In this document: positions 33,810 through 56,029 of the stretch, piece by piece
How positions within the stretch are numbered: position 1 is the stretch's first letter
Layout: the number at the start of each line of letters is the position of its first letter
Source of the DNA: Macrostomum lignano
Lineage: Eukaryota
Assembly: GCA_002269645.1 (NCBI GenBank)
Contig: NIVC01000797.1
Span: 378,722-442,721 of the forward strand
Reading direction: 5' to 3'
DNA: 64,000 nucleotides
The notes under the pieces: generated by a model
Databases searched by the model: none
Told to the model about the DNA's origin: nothing
The model's input: only the letters and a program-made list of their open reading frames with translations
Position numbers and translations under genes: made by a program

Positions 33810-36800
33810 CAGTTAGTTAAATCAAAATGCGACCGTGCAAAGGAATCGAACCAGAGTACGAAATGCATTAACCGCAGGGCTAATCTGCCCCTTGCCACCT
33901 TGAAAAAGTAGTATCAACTGTATTGGTATCGAATTTATATAAGCAGTCAATTTTTTGGCAACTACGAGCTAAAACCAACTCAGCAGGCGGAACCATTTGT
34001 TAGAAAAACACACAGCAGCTTACCAACTCTGACACCGAAATGTCACGCTTACTGACACTGATGCCTCCAACGTGCTAGCTTCTAGCTTAGAGCCGGAGTC
34101 TGGGCTCAGACTACTGAATCGTCAGTCAGGAAAGACAGGGATGGGATGAGCAGAATTCCTTCCCTTGGGGGAGTTAGCAGTCCATAATTCTGGCAGTCGT
34201 TCTCTCCTCCCATCAGGTCTCTCTGGGACTGACTGGGGCTGCGGCTAAGCCATGAGTGCACTGTATAGGAGGCTCCAAAGCTTTCAAACCCCTAGATTTC
34301 CTAGGCTATCAAGCTAAAGCCTGGCGCACAGACCTCTGCGAAATTGTCTTTGAGCTGAGACAAAACGGGAACTATAGTAATAAGTGCGCCTCGCGAGTTG
34401 GGAAATGGAGAACAGCTCGGAATATCGTCACAAATGGAAATTCGCGCATAGACAAACAGCTTTTTTTCTAGATATTGAATTTCTATCAGCTTTGTACTTT
34501 TATAGTGCACAATTGTCTGCTTGAAAAGTGCATTCTATTGAAATGACAAGTCATTGTTCAGGGAAAGGCAAATGCACTTTTGTAACGTCACAAGGCTTGT
34601 AAAATCGAATCCCGATCTAAGAATAAATCTAACTTTGAATATTTTATGCACACCCCGCTCAAAACCTTTTATTCGGGCGGAAATTAAACATCTAAGCTTA
34701 ATCCCTCTGTAATCTACCTGATGGATGGATTGAAAGCTGATTAAATCCGACCGACCCGATTCCTGCTATTCTCCTTGCAAGTCTATTAAAAGCATTCTTT
34801 TCAACTTTATACGTTGTTAGTTAACTTTAAATTTAGTATGGCCTCCTCTATTGATGACGATAATTGCAGTTATTATTAATTCGTTCGCGAAATCGTCCAT
34901 CAGGAAGTGCGTCTATCGATCTATATCTGAATTGCGTGTCTGCATCATCTACAAATGGCCAGGGAATTTCTTTGGGTACTCCGTGTTAGGCCTGTAATAG
35001 TTCATTAAGCTTATTAAATGCATTGACTTGTATCGTGAATACAACCCACATTTTCGAGGGGGGGGGGTTGGGGGTTGTCGTGCAACTCACAGCCAAGAGG
35101 GCCAACCCCAAGGCGCGGAGAGTGTGCCTGCCCGACGATTAGAAAGTCAGGGTGGCTGTACCACCCTGCGTGAGCGGGTGCATGTGCTCTGAGTTACTGA
35201 ATCGATTGCTTACCTTGAAAATGCCTGGTTGCACAGAGCGCACTCGTACGGCTTTGTCCCGGTGTGCACCCGCAGGTGCCTGTTGAGCATGTCGGACCTG
35301 TTGAAATACCTGGGACACAGGTGACAGGAAAACTGTCTGGATTCAGCCTGACTAACGCTGCAGCTGGCGGTTCCGCCACTACTGCTGGTTGATTCTGTCA
35401 GCTGTTGAGTTTCCTTTGTCTCCGATGCAGATTGAGAGGCTGAAAAGTGTTTAGCAGAAGAATTGCTCACTTTGAGCTTGTTCTCTTCACATTTAAAGCT
35501 CAATTTAAAGTCTTGGCAAGAAGTTAGGTCCTTAGCTATAAGCGTAAGCTAATTTAGCCTAAGGATTTGTACCGAAATTTTAGTTGCTCAGCTTTCTGCT
35601 TAGTGTACTTTTTCTAGACCGATTAGTTTAACTCTACCAGCTTTGTTTCCAGCCAGAAGGAGGTCATAATTACAAAGACAATAGCGGTAAAACGGCCTTA
35701 AAAATCCAATGATAATTATGGATGAGATGACGCGAGATGCTAGTGGAAAGACCTGGCATCAGGTGTTTCCTCAAAGCACCCTTCAACTGTGGATTGAAGA
35801 TAGACATACAGCGTAGGCCTGTAGCCTGTAATTGCTATTCCCCCTGTACCTCTCAGCTGTCACTCTGCTGTTCTGGAACCCTTTGAGAATTTCCTAGGAT
35901 CGAGGACGGGTAGGGTACTTTTATGATACAGGGTCTGCTCCGCTCTTATTGCGCACCGTTCTGCACTCTTCTCTTACAGAAGTGCCTTTTGACCGTTTCC
36001 ACTTTTGAGGGTAACTCTATCGGACTCGAGTGATCGATGCTTCCTTGCTTTTCTTCTGCATTGAATCTCCAGGTTAACTATAGGGAAAGTCGGGGTCCGA
36101 CGCGGTGCTCTCACTGCTCCACTTTAATTTGTTTAATTGCGCAGGCATGCATTTACCAGATTAAATGTATGCATTATTGTCTTGGATCAAAGTAAGCCTA
36201 TGACGCAAATTTGAGTTTCGAAGCTTATCGACTAATTGTACTTTTATAATCTGAAAGCTTACTTTCTCTGCGACGTCGAATCGGCTGCTCCATAGGTTCT
36301 TCCTTAACTGTTACAGATTGTGACTTCGTTTCATGCGGATGCGGATGTTGTTGATGCGGATGTTGTGAAAGATACGGGTGTTGTGGAGGATGCGGATGTT
36401 GTGAAGGGAGTGGATGTTGTGACAGATGCGGATGTTGTGGAGGATGCTCATGTTGTGGAGGATGCGGATGTTGTGACGGATGCGGATGTTGTGGAGGATG
36501 CGGATGTTGTGGAGGATGTGGATGTTGTGGAGGATGCTCATGTTGTGAAGGATGCGGATGTTGTGACGGATGCGGATGTTGTGGAGGATGCGGATGTTGT
36601 GGAGGATGTGAAAGTTGTGGAGGATGCGGATATTGCGAATGAGGATGCTTTTGTGGGTGTGGATGCTGGGACGAATGTGGATGCGAACGTGGCGGCGGTG
36701 GCGGCGGTGGCGGCATCGGCGGAAACACAAAGTGCGGATTCGGGGCAACTGACGTTCTCGGCTCGCTCAGGCATCGGGCAGTCCGGCTCCCAGATGAGGA

Positions 36801-38274
36801 TTCCCGCATGGGCTGAAACCGATTTATTGAATTTTGCAATCTGCGATTGTCAACTTATGAACTTATTTTGGATTGAATAGGACAAATTGTTCAATTGCCC
36901 GCAGTTCACCTGACGCATGAGCGTTGCAGACCTTGGCTCACATCTCGAACTAGACGACCTAGAACCTGCTGCAGCGGCAGCGGTAGCAGCGGCGGCTGCA
37001 GCAGCGGCGGCCACCCCGTGCGTAGCGGCTAGCGGGCTGACGGCCGAAAGCCCCAGCAGACGGTGCTGGTGAAAGGCGGCGGCACTCCACGGACTCTGTG
37101 GGCTGAAATAGCCGGACGACTGACTGTAAGGCGTCATCGGCGAGAAAGGCGACGACATCGGATCGCTCTCCATGTCTATCGACATCCATCCTGAGCTAGA
37201 TGAGGCGCTTCCGTGACGCGTAGCCTGTGAGAAGCTGCCTCCCCGACCACCGGCGCATCGGGAGCGGGTGAGCAGCTCGGCCAGGATGTCCTGCTGATGA
37301 GTCATCACTTGCTGCTGTCGAGAAGGCGATGGCGTTGGCAAAGATGTCGCTGGAGCTGACAGCTGATGAAGTTGGGACGGCGTCAATTCAGGGACCGTCA
37401 GGAAGGCCTGAGACTGCATCACTCTGCTCGAAGCTGCCGCGACAGATGCCCCGGCTAGTGGAATCCCACTCGAGGTCGGAGCTAGTGGACTGCTGCTGCA
37501 ACTCTGCGCTTCCTCGTGCCACTGTCCGAAGTCTTCTCCACTATCCGAGGGCGACTTATCACGAAATTGTCGAAAACACGGCGCAGCAAAGGATGCTCCC
37601 GTGCTTGTAGACTGCTGCTGTTGCTGCTGCTTCTGCTGCTCTTGATCCTGCTGCATATAGCGGTCTCGAAGCATCTTTTTAAAGCCCACGGCGCCACCTG
37701 GTGATGGTTCAGCCTCGGCCGGAGCTGCCGCTGCCCCGGCCGGCACAACGCTGGCTGCAGAGTTTGACGACGAAGACCCCGACCCCGACGAGTTAGATGT
37801 CGGCGGGGTGCTCCTGCCGCTCTCCTTCGAGTCTCGACTTGCCGTGTTCCGGCGCATCCGCTTTCGATAGATCTCCGCCTTGGAGATGTTCTGCAGGATC
37901 CGGTTCAGCCGGCTGTGGTCGCCTTGGTCCTCCTCGGCTGAGGCGGGCAGCCGCGGCGCTTGCTGCTGCCCGGCGGACTCCGATACGACGCGCTGCCAGA
38001 TGTTCGAGTCACTGCTGGGCAGGTCGCCTCCATCGCCACTGCCGACGCTGACGCCGCCACAAGCTGCGAGCGGTGACACTGGCATGGACTTGCTGCTGGC
38101 TACGTCGTGAGCTATCCGAGTCGCTACCGCCAGCGCTGAAGGTGCCGGTCGCAGTTGCGGCTCGTTCGATTCGCACGGCCGCTTTTGACCGGCTCTGGGA
38201 AACGCCTCAGACAGTTCTGGCAGCTCTGCCGCCTCGTCTGGCTTGTGCCTGGCCTGGCTGGGGCCTGGCTCCAT
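33436..38274 (-). CDS. klu: Klumpfuss-like (EGR/WT1-related) C2H2 zinc-finger transcription factor, 4 exons
   Basis: Exons 38274-36910, 36812-36263, 35439-35214, 33718-33436, with phases 0/1/2 consistent. Fingers [38 protein letters not shown]|[39 protein letters not shown]; the [19 protein letters not shown] set is characteristic of klumpfuss. The exon 2 acceptor is the least certain. Confidence 0.85.
35079..35185 (+). mobile_element. Headless SINE body related to 1391-1500, in the klu intron
   Basis: CGTGCAA...GAGGCCAACCC..AAGGCGC...GTGT.C.TGCC..ACGA...AAAGT.AGGG..GCTGTAC..CCTG.GTGAG is shared between the two copies. Confidence 0.55.
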
Positions 38275-39256
38275 CTGAAACGCACAGGCAGTCAGTTTTT
38301 CAGGGGATTACATGTAGCGGATGTCCCAGAAAAAGGATAAATTTTTAGCGCCAATTTTTAGAGCAGTTTAGCACGTGACCCTGCAGTTCTACAGTAAACA
38401 TCCGCGTCAACCATTGAAGAAGGGACTTAGAGAAGGAACAGGCCTAATGCTGTCAACTGTTTGCGAGTTTTTCTTTGTTACAAACTATACGACCGTATTT
38501 GCTAGTAAAGTCTATAAATCTTACCGATTTTACCGAGATTTTACCGAGTTTTGGCCAGATAGAATAGAATTGCTACAATGATCCACTTGGCTCGAATGCT
38601 AAAATCACATTTAGGTTATTTTTGGAACAGATCTCTTAGCCGTCTTTAAAAAAACAAATTGTTTTGACACTCCCGTCCATCCCGTTCCAACCAACGATTC
38701 ATCATTAGGTGGTTCCTGTTTTCTTTTCTTGGCTTCTGACAAGCACTGCTGCTGAGTGTTCTCACGCACTGCCAGGCTACCTGGCAAACAGGGTTGAGGC
38801 TAAAGACAAATGGAAAGATTGGCAAGACAACCAAACACTTTCTTTGAGCCATCCAGAATTGGGGAGGGACGGGCTGGGATGAAAGCAAATGGCGAGATAG
38901 AGATGGGGCGAGTGCATCTGTTGGGAGCAGAGATGCCTGCGTAGTGAAATTGATTTCAATAGTTACTCTTCACCCCTGCCGCTGGGAATGCGACACAAAG
39001 AGCTCTCGCTCCTGCCTGCACGACTCCGCCTTGTCGACCTTGCGGTTTTGAGGGCAAGTCTATCTGCTCCTGAGCTGCGGGAAGCGAGGAAATTCAAGCA
39101 GACTCAAGGGACCTCCTCTTAGCCCCCGATTCTCGCGACCCCCCAGAGCCTGTCTTTATCTGCATTCCATCTGTTCCATTCAGCGTTGAAAGCTCGTAAG
39201 TGCTTCGTGCACTTATTTATTATTAAGGCCTTGCATTTCCAAGCCAGCTACGAGCG

Positions 39257-39718
<462 letters not shown>

Positions 39719-40129
39719 TAATTTTAATTTCAAAGTCCATATTTTTCATTAACTTCAAGAATTGCTAGAAAATCGTTTAAAATCTTTCTAATTGGTTTTC
39801 CATGTCCCAAATTATTGGAACTGCAGGCACTGTTAAGCCTAAACGAAGCGTGGGAAACTAAGTTGACTAAATACTAAAAACGTGACATTGACAATTTAAG
39901 AGTTTTCGCTGACTGATGGAAATGTTTTTAGCAATCTGCACGATCGCTACACTTAGACAGAGTTCGTGCTCGGAATTGATGGACTATGCAGGAAAGCGAA
40001 TCTCTGAGTCCATAATAGCACAAGTGCAGGCTGTACTTCTATTTGATGACGGCTCAGCATTTAGCCCCGACTCATACTGTCGAGTGAGGTGAGGCGAGGC
40101 GAGATGAGGCGAGTGATAGAATAGTGAGA

Positions 40130-40825
40130 GCGAAGGAAAAAGAGGAGAGGGAGAAGGGAATGAGAAGGGAGGGAGAAGGGAGGAAGGGAGGGAGAAAGGA
40201 GGGAGAAGGGAAAGAGAAGGGAAAGAGAAGGTAGGGAGAAGGGAAAGAGAAGGGAAAGAGAAGGTAGGGAGAAGGGAAAGAGAAGGGAGGGAGAAGGGAG
40301 GGAGAAGGGAGGGAGAAGGTAGGGTAGAAGGGAGGGAAAGAGTGGGAGAAGGGAGGGAGAAGGGAGGGAGAAGGGAGAGAGAAGGGAGAGAGAAGGGAAA
40401 GAGAAGGGAAAGAGAAGGTAGGGAGAAGGGAAAGAGAAGGGAGGGAGAAGGGAGGAAGAGGGAGGGGAGAAGGGAGGAAGAAGGGAGGGAGAAGGGAGGG
40501 AGAAGGTAGGGGAGAAGGGAGGGAAAGAGTGGGAGAAGGGAGGGAGAAGGGAGGGAGAAGGGAGAGAGAAGGGAGGGAGAAGGGAGGGAGAAGGGAAAGA
40601 GAAGTGAGGGAGAAGGGAGGAAGAAGGGAGGGGAGAAGGAAGGTAGAAGAGAGGGAGAAGGGACGGGAGAAGGGAGGAAAAAGAGAGGGAGAAGGGAGGA
40701 AGAAGGGAGGCAGAAGGGAAGGAGAAGGTAGGGGAGAAGGGAGGGAGAAGAGAGGGAGAAGGGACGGGAGAAGGGAGGGAGAAGGTAGGGGAGAAGGGAG
40801 GGAAAGAGTGGGAGAAGGGAGACGG
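40130..40825. repeat. Polypurine low-complexity tract (GGGAGAA-type)
   Basis: Almost only G and A for about 700 nt. Confidence 0.9.
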
Positions 40826-41292
40826 CAGGAAGCTTCAATGCCAGAGGTATGCCTTGGTCTTATAACAGCAGATCAAGCTAAAGTAAAAAGCAAAAGAGAG
40901 CTGCCGCAGAATAGATATGACAAATTATAATAATCTAAAACAAGACGTGCAGGCAGTGTGGTCGCACCCGAGCAGGACTGCAGTCACTAATCGGGGTCAG
41001 AATTTCACGACTTTGGCGAACTATTATTAGTGGTACAAGCCATGCATGCGCTCATGAGCACACAGAGCTGTGTAATTCTGCAACAGGGCAACCGGTTCAA
41101 CAACGGCTTTTATAATAGGAATTCACTGACTGCACTCTCCCCCGTTCTCTTCAGCATTTTTGATTGAATATGCTCTAAAATTTTTCGTTCCTTTAACGGC
41201 GTTCTTTACTGAAGGCAAAAATTGCAAATGCATGGCCGAGATAGAGGTAGAGGATTTACAATTGTGCAGTGAACTCGTCACGTGCCTAAAGA

Positions 41293-41630
41293 CTGGCATA
41301 AGCGCGCACTGGCATAAGCACGCACTGAAAATAAGCGCGCACTAGCAAAAGCGCGCACTGGCGTAAGCGCGCACTGGCACAAGCGCGCACTGACAATAAG
41401 CGCGCACTGACATAAACGCGCATTGGCATAAGCGCGCACTAGCATAAGCGCGCACTGGCACAAGCGCAAACTGGCACAAGCGCGCACTGGCATAAGCGCG
41501 CACTGGCATAAGCGCGCACTGGCATAAACACGCACTGGCACAAGCGCGCAATGAAATGTGTGTACTGACATAAGCGCGCACTGGCATAAGCGCGCACTGA
41601 CAATAAGCGCACACTGGCACAAGCGCGCAG
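41293..41630. repeat. 16-nt CpG-rich minisatellite (GCACTGGCATAAGCGC)n
   Basis: About 20 copies, creating repeated GCGCGC. Confidence 0.9.
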
Positions 41631-42262
41631 ATGAATGGCAGCAGCTAAGGCTACGCGGTGTCAATCGCCCCAGAACTGTCAATTAATACTTGTATTCAAA
41701 AGTGCAAACAGATCTCTGGAAGCGGGACTTACCAGTATTGGGTACTATTAAAGTTGAGTTGACAAAAGATATTCGAATTCAAGGCCTCAGATCATGCCTT
41801 ACTTGCTGTGGTGATCGGGTCAGTCACTGCTTGCCAAGCCCGGGGAAGCTCAGGCATTGGGGATCGCCCTATTTATGCTGAGTAGGATCTGGGTACTCGG
41901 AGCCGCGCGCCCTTCAGCTGTCTTGCAACCCCCCCCCCCTGCCATTGACTAACCAGAGCGCGCTTCCTCCGCCTTCTCAAGTAGCCCTGCCGTCATTCGC
42001 CACAACGGGAATAAGCCGGAGATAGAGATTAGACAGAGATAGGGGGCAGGGGGACTACACAGGGAGGCGCCGCTTAGCCTTTGACGCACTTTGCTGGCCT
42101 GGTTTGGATCCCGAAGGTGTCATTGCGTCTCTCGGAATTAGTCTCTTTATTTCAGTGATGACGCAACACCTGACGTGACACGACGCTGCAGTTGTTGCTG
42201 GGTGGATAAAGGGAATAAAGTTGGTTTAATAAAAGATTTTTGAGGCAACCACTGCCTGTAGG

Positions 42263-42840
42263 ATTCACGGACATCAGGATCATAGCATCTGGAATGGAAA
42301 CTGCAATTCTCTATGATTCACGGATGTCAGGATCATAGCATCTGGAATGGAAACTGCAATTCTCTATGATTCACGGACATCAGGATCATAGCATCTGGAA
42401 TGGAAACTGCAATTCTCTATGATTCACGGACGTCAGGATCATAGCATCTGGAATGGAAACTACAATTCTCTATTATTCACAGACGTCAGGATCATAGCAT
42501 CTGGAATGGAAACTGCAATTCTCTATAATTCACGGATGCCAGGATCATAGAATCTGGAATGGAAACTGCAATTCTCTATGATTCACGGACATCAGGATCA
42601 TAGCATCTGGAATGGAAACTGCAATTCTCTATGATTCACGGACGTCAGGATCATAGCATCTGGAATGGAAACTGCAATTCTCTATTATTCACAGACGTCA
42701 GGATCATAGCATCTGGAATGGAAACTGCAATTCTCTATGATTCACGGATGCCAGGATCATAGAATCTGGAATGGAAACTGCAATTCTCTATGATTCACGG
42801 ACATAAGGATCATAGCATCTGGAATGGAAACTGCAATTCT
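42263..42840. repeat. 53-nt minisatellite, about 11 copies
   Basis: Unit ATTCACGGACATCAGGATCATAGCATCTGGAATGGAAACTGCAATTCTCTATG. Confidence 0.95.
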
Positions 42841-43689
42841 AATATCTAATAACTAATATCACAGCTATAGCTTTCGTAGTAACGACTGGCTGTTTTTAAC
42901 AGACCCATAATTGCATACATCACATGTGCATCAAAGAGTCATCAAAATGAACCAGCTCTGTATAATTGATAAATCTTGTTCAGAAAAATCTTAGCCGTGA
43001 ATCTGATTTTGTTTGGCTGCAGCTCTTTGAGGGTGGAGTCTGTTTGAATTTCTGAACAAAGATTCATTGCTCTTCCACAGCTGGTACCAGCTGTTCAAAG
43101 TCGTTCTCTCTCGACCTTATCCTCCGTTTGTAATTATCCATTTTTTTAATGCCATTCAGTCCTTTGTGGGCCGGGCTGCCTCCATTGATAATATTTCCGA
43201 TTTTAAAACGAATGACGCACGGAAGTCTGCACTGCTCTCAGGCTTTGAGGGATTGCAGAGACGTGAACGGCGTGGGGGGGGGCTTGTTTAAAGTGCGCGG
43301 GCGAATAGCGGCTCTGAGATTACAAAATAAGCTGTTTTAATGAGTCTCTAAATCGATGCTATGGGCTGATTTGTCAATTTTTTAACGTCTCAATACAGAT
43401 GTACAGACGGATTAATATCCCAAGGTTGCCGTGGTGTCAGCAGCCAATTTAGTTCACTTCCTGAGCACTTTTAATAAAATAGATTGAGAGTTAGGTGGAC
43501 GGTGAGAGGAGCGAGGGGGAGAGAGAGAGAAAAGAGAGGAGAGATGAGATGAATATTCAGGAGATTAGGAGAGAGGGGGCGAGAGGGAAGAGTCCTCAAA
43601 CTCCAAAGTTCTGACGTGGTAACGCGGATCCTTCAGATATTTAAAGTATTTTATATTCTTCCTCAGGGCTAATAAGAAGAGAGAGATGA

Positions 43690-43990
<301 letters not shown>

Positions 43991-44894
43991 GGAGAGAAGT
44001 GACTCTCAGAGGAGAAACGGAGCGAGGCAAGGAGGCGGAGTGAACAGCAATAGTGAAGATCAGCTGATCGATGTGAAGCATTATTAGTTGTGAAACCTGG
44101 AGATTCCAGGGCTCTGAGAGCGAATTGAATCCGCATTTTAAGGTACAAATAAAGGAGATTGGATTGAATCATAAGTATCAAATATCGAGTTTCCAAGGCC
44201 CCAGAGCCGCATGGCGAGCGCTCAGTCTCAGGCATCACAATCAATTAAAATCGGCCTCTTGTTGCTTTCAGAGAAAAACAGCGACTGACAGAGATATGAA
44301 AAATTTCAACTGGCATGACGTCACTGATAAGCCGCTCTCCATCATGCTAATTAGCGAGGATTAAAGGCAGCAGAGGAGGCCTATTGTAAGTCTCAAATTG
44401 CGCAATTTCGATTGCACTTTAACTCTGTATTATAGTGCATGGAACTTTAATCTCTGGGATTATTTTTTGAGAAAGCGAATATTATGACGTCAATGTGAGA
44501 CTTTTATCTGTGGAATTAATCCGACATTTTTTTAACTACTATAAGTACCAGAAATGATGAGAAATCAGCGATAATAATATTCTGCGACATCGTCCCGCAA
44601 TCGAAATCAATTTCTGCTTTATGAACTTTGTAAGATCGCTACTGCTTAACTAAAGCTTAGAAATTCAATAGAGGGAGCATGTTGTACGAGTATCAAGACC
44701 AGAACACTCACATAAACAAATTGATGTTTCCATTTATTAAACAAAGATAGCCTTGATACGTAACAAACTTTAGACTTCAACAAAGTACTTGATTCGGAAT
44801 TCAAAATATATATCCATTTGCTGACGTTTTTATACATAATCAGTCTGTCCATACTTAATTACAATGACTTACATGACTAACCCGCAATATCATT

Positions 44895-45095
44895 CTCGAC
44901 TTTTCTACCCGTAGCTTGACGCTGATTGGTTGATAAGCGACCAGCAATGCTTTTCTCGAATTTTCTACCCGTAGCTTGACGCTGATTGGTTGATAAGCGA
45001 CCAGCAATGCTCTTCTGGACTTTTCTACTCCTAACTTGACGCTGATTGGTTACGAGTAATAAACGACTAGCAGTACTATTCTCGACTTTTCTACC
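44895..45095. repeat. Tandem of about 61 nt, 3-4 copies, downstream of the TDO stop
   Basis: TTTTCTACCCGTAGCTTGACGCTGATTGGTT... repeated. Confidence 0.8.
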
Positions 45096-45128
45096 CCTGA
45101 ATTGATTCTGATCGCAACTCCAAAATCT

Positions 45129-53122
<7,994 letters not shown>

Positions 53123-53489
53123 ATCTGATAGTTTTAATATGGCTAATCCCTATCCCTGTCTGTCAGATGCTTGGTCCGGTCCACACTCCAGTCCGTCAGT
53201 TTTATTCAAGCTTGGAAACCCCCTCCAGTTCTTATCTTATCATTAGAAGGCGGCGTTTTGGGGATTAATAAATAGCTGCATTCTCCTCTCTGTGGGAAAT
53301 AAAAGCTGTTCTGCCTGTTTGCCTTGTCGGTGCCAACACACCTCTGCCTGACAGGTTCACACGGGTCCGAGCACAGGGGCTGGGCTGAGCACTTGGTTGG
53401 GGAATAAAGAATCAGCCCCTTGTCATGGCTCCACTGACTTCCTGGGCGTGCTTTGATTCTGTGGGAGCACTGGGCGGAGTGGGCGCTCC

Positions 53490-53750
53490 CTGTCTCCTTC
53501 TAGCGCCCCCTGTCCCCTTCTAGCGCCCCCTGTCTCCTTCTAGCGCCCCCTGTCTACTTCTAGCGCCCCTGTCCCCCTCTAGCGCCCCTGATCCCTTCTA
53601 GCGCCGCCTGATCCCTTTCTAGCGCCCCCTGATCCCTCTAGAGCCCCCTGATCCCTTCTAGAGCCCCTGATCCCTTCTAGCGCCCTGTCTGTCTCTCTAG
53701 CGCCCCCTGTCTCCTTCTAGCGCCCTGTTCCCTTCTAGCAGTCTTTTCTA
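53490..53750. repeat. Tandem of about 19-20 nt (CTAGCGCCCCCTGTCTCCTT)n
   Basis: Visible. Confidence 0.85.
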
Positions 53751-54529
53751 GCTTCCCGTGACCCCTCTCCTCCAATCACCAACAAAAGGGGAAAATTTCA
53801 ACCCTTTAAAATCAATTCGCCTAAGCAATCTGAGTAGGAAGAAAAATGCAGCCATATTAGCAAAATTTTAACGACAACCATGAGAAAAAGAATCGGTCCT
53901 ATGAATAGCAGCTTTCCCAGCTCTGGTCTCTGCTCTAGGCTCTCTGTTTCTCTCACGGGTGCGCTCCGCAATTTGTCCGCGGGGCACACACACAAATTTA
54001 TTACAATTTTACAATGCGAAATTGACCAACCGCGCCTCCCAAAGTCTATGTCGCTGGGTGTGTGTGTTTTTTTTAAAAAACCGACTCTTGCAACTATTAG
54101 AAATCAACTTCGTTCTACTTGGCTAAACCTTACCCTTAATCCAATCTCGATGGCAATAATGAAAATGCATCGTGGAGAGAATTTTGGGAAGCTGAATCTG
54201 CAATGGGAAAAGGAGAGAGAGAGAGAGAGTCGGAGAGGTCATCATAAAACTGAAGCCCTGCTTGTTGAAGCTTTGCCAATAATTCTTAGCTGCTCACTGG
54301 CAGGGCGGGGGAGGTGGAGAACAGAGGCCAGTTCTGGCTTAGTAACAATAAATTTTACAACTTCACCCGTCTCAACCCCACTGAGGGAGGGGTATTATTT
54401 TCCCTTCGAGTTGGGGCAAGGAGTTTCATAACCAAGAGCCTGGATTAGACAACTACGAGTAACTGGTGATTGATTTCAGTTTTTAAATCAAGAGTCGCCC
54501 CGCTTTAATGTTTGCTTCTCTCTAAATCA

Positions 54530-55145
54530 TTTTTTCTTCTCTCCTCTCTCCTCTCTCCTCTCTCTTCTACTCTCTCCTCTCTCCTCTCTCTCTCTCCTCT
54601 CTCCTCTCTCTTCTCTCCTCTCTCCTCTCTCCTCTCTCCTCTCTCTTCTCTACTCTCTCTCCTCTCTCCTCTCCTCTCTCCTCTCTCCTCTCTCTTCTCT
54701 ACTCTCTCCTCTCTCCTCTCTCCTCTCTCCTCTCCCTCTCTCTCCTCTCTCCTCTCTCCTCTCTCCTCTCTCCCTCTCCTCTCTCTCTCTCTTCTCTACT
54801 CTCTCTCCTCTCTCCTCTCTCCCTCTCTCCTCTCTCCTCTCTCCTCTCTCCTCTCTCCTCTCTCCTCTCTCTCTCTCTCTCTACTCTCTCTCCTCTCTCT
54901 TCTCTCCTCTCTCCTCTCTCCTCTCTCCTCTACTCTCTCCTCTCTCCTCTCTCCTCTCTCCTCTACTCTCTCCTCTCTCCTCTCTCCTCTCTCCTCTCTC
55001 CTCTCTACTCTCTCTCGTCTCTCCTCTCTCCTCTCTCCTCTCTCCTCTCTCTTCTCTACTCTCTCTTGTCTCTCCTCTCTCCTCTCTTTTCTCTACTCTC
55101 TCTACTCTCCCTCTCTCCTCTCTTCACTCCCCTCTCCTCTCTCCA
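54530..55145. repeat. Polypyrimidine (CTCTCCT)n tract
   Basis: Visible; explains the SSLLSPL ORF. Confidence 0.9.
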
Positions 55146-56029
55146 AATCCACTGCGTTATAGTAAAAATCTTTGTGTTCAAATCTTTGAGAACTTTCAGA
55201 TACGAGTCAAGCATGAGTCACGCAAATCAGCCTACACTTGTCCGGCCAGAAGTTGTCAATCCAGAATCTGCTCCTAAGTTCTCCTTGGTTGAGCGTAAGC
55301 CATTGTTTCTTTCAAAATGGCCCCCCTATAGAGAGAGAGAAGGGAAGGTGAGAGCGGGAGGAGGGGTTGGAGCAGTTCAGGGGTCCCATGGGAGCAAGGG
55401 AGGGTGGGGGTGGGACCGGACTCACGCCCCCCTAGCCTTGATCAGTATATATAAATCCTCCGTGCAAAAAGCAACCAAAGCTTCTGTAGCCTTTTGGTTT
55501 TTTTTGTAAAATAAAGAGCCCGCCCGCCTGCCGGTCCAGCTTTGACTTTTGCCGCTTAGAATTCAGCTCTCTGATTTCTATTTCAAAATTTGGCTAAAAA
55601 TTGAGAATCCACAGCAGACAGAAGGCAGGTAAGCAGGAACTGACCAGCTGACAAAGTGAACCCCAGAGACGCTGGGCCCTCTCGGTTTGAATTCGTGCGC
55701 AGACCCAACCCCAGCAGCTCATGCCAAGGGGCACAAATTCGAGCCAACAGGGTCACGCGTCCGGGAGAACTCGACCACCGCTCCGGCTGTGACCTCATGC
55801 GGTTCACACCCATGACCCCCCTTAGGCAGAGTGTACGAGCCTCTGCAATATTTAAACAATTGATTACTTAGCAGTTCAATTCAGAAAATTTCAATTACTC
55901 AAAAATTACAAATCTGAGCCAAAAAAAACACTGCGCTTTGCCCTATCGATATTTGTGGTTGAGCAATTCTTAAACAAAGACTAATTAAAGCAAGAGACAA
56001 AAGGCAAGTTTTGCGAGACCACTGCTACC

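Noticed and set aside
33825-33900. tRNA gene on the minus strand (GGTTCGATTCC followed by TTTT)
   Set aside because: A/B-box-like words are present, but the acceptor and T stems do not pair; at most a SINE or tRNA remnant.
36320-36880. Acidic DADVVE-repeat ORF on the + strand
   Set aside because: Antisense shadow of the His/Pro VNTR in klu exon 2.
39984-40930. Pro/Ser/Leu-rich and Gly/Arg/Glu-rich ORFs (similar ones at 43641-44244, 54512-55162, 60419-61592)
   Set aside because: Translations of polypurine/polypyrimidine repeats.
42155-42230. C/D snoRNA (GTGATGA)
   Set aside because: No suitably placed terminal CTGA or terminal stem.
55630-55830. Second tRNA-derived SINE on the minus strand
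   Set aside because: A/B boxes too degenerate and no second copy in the window.
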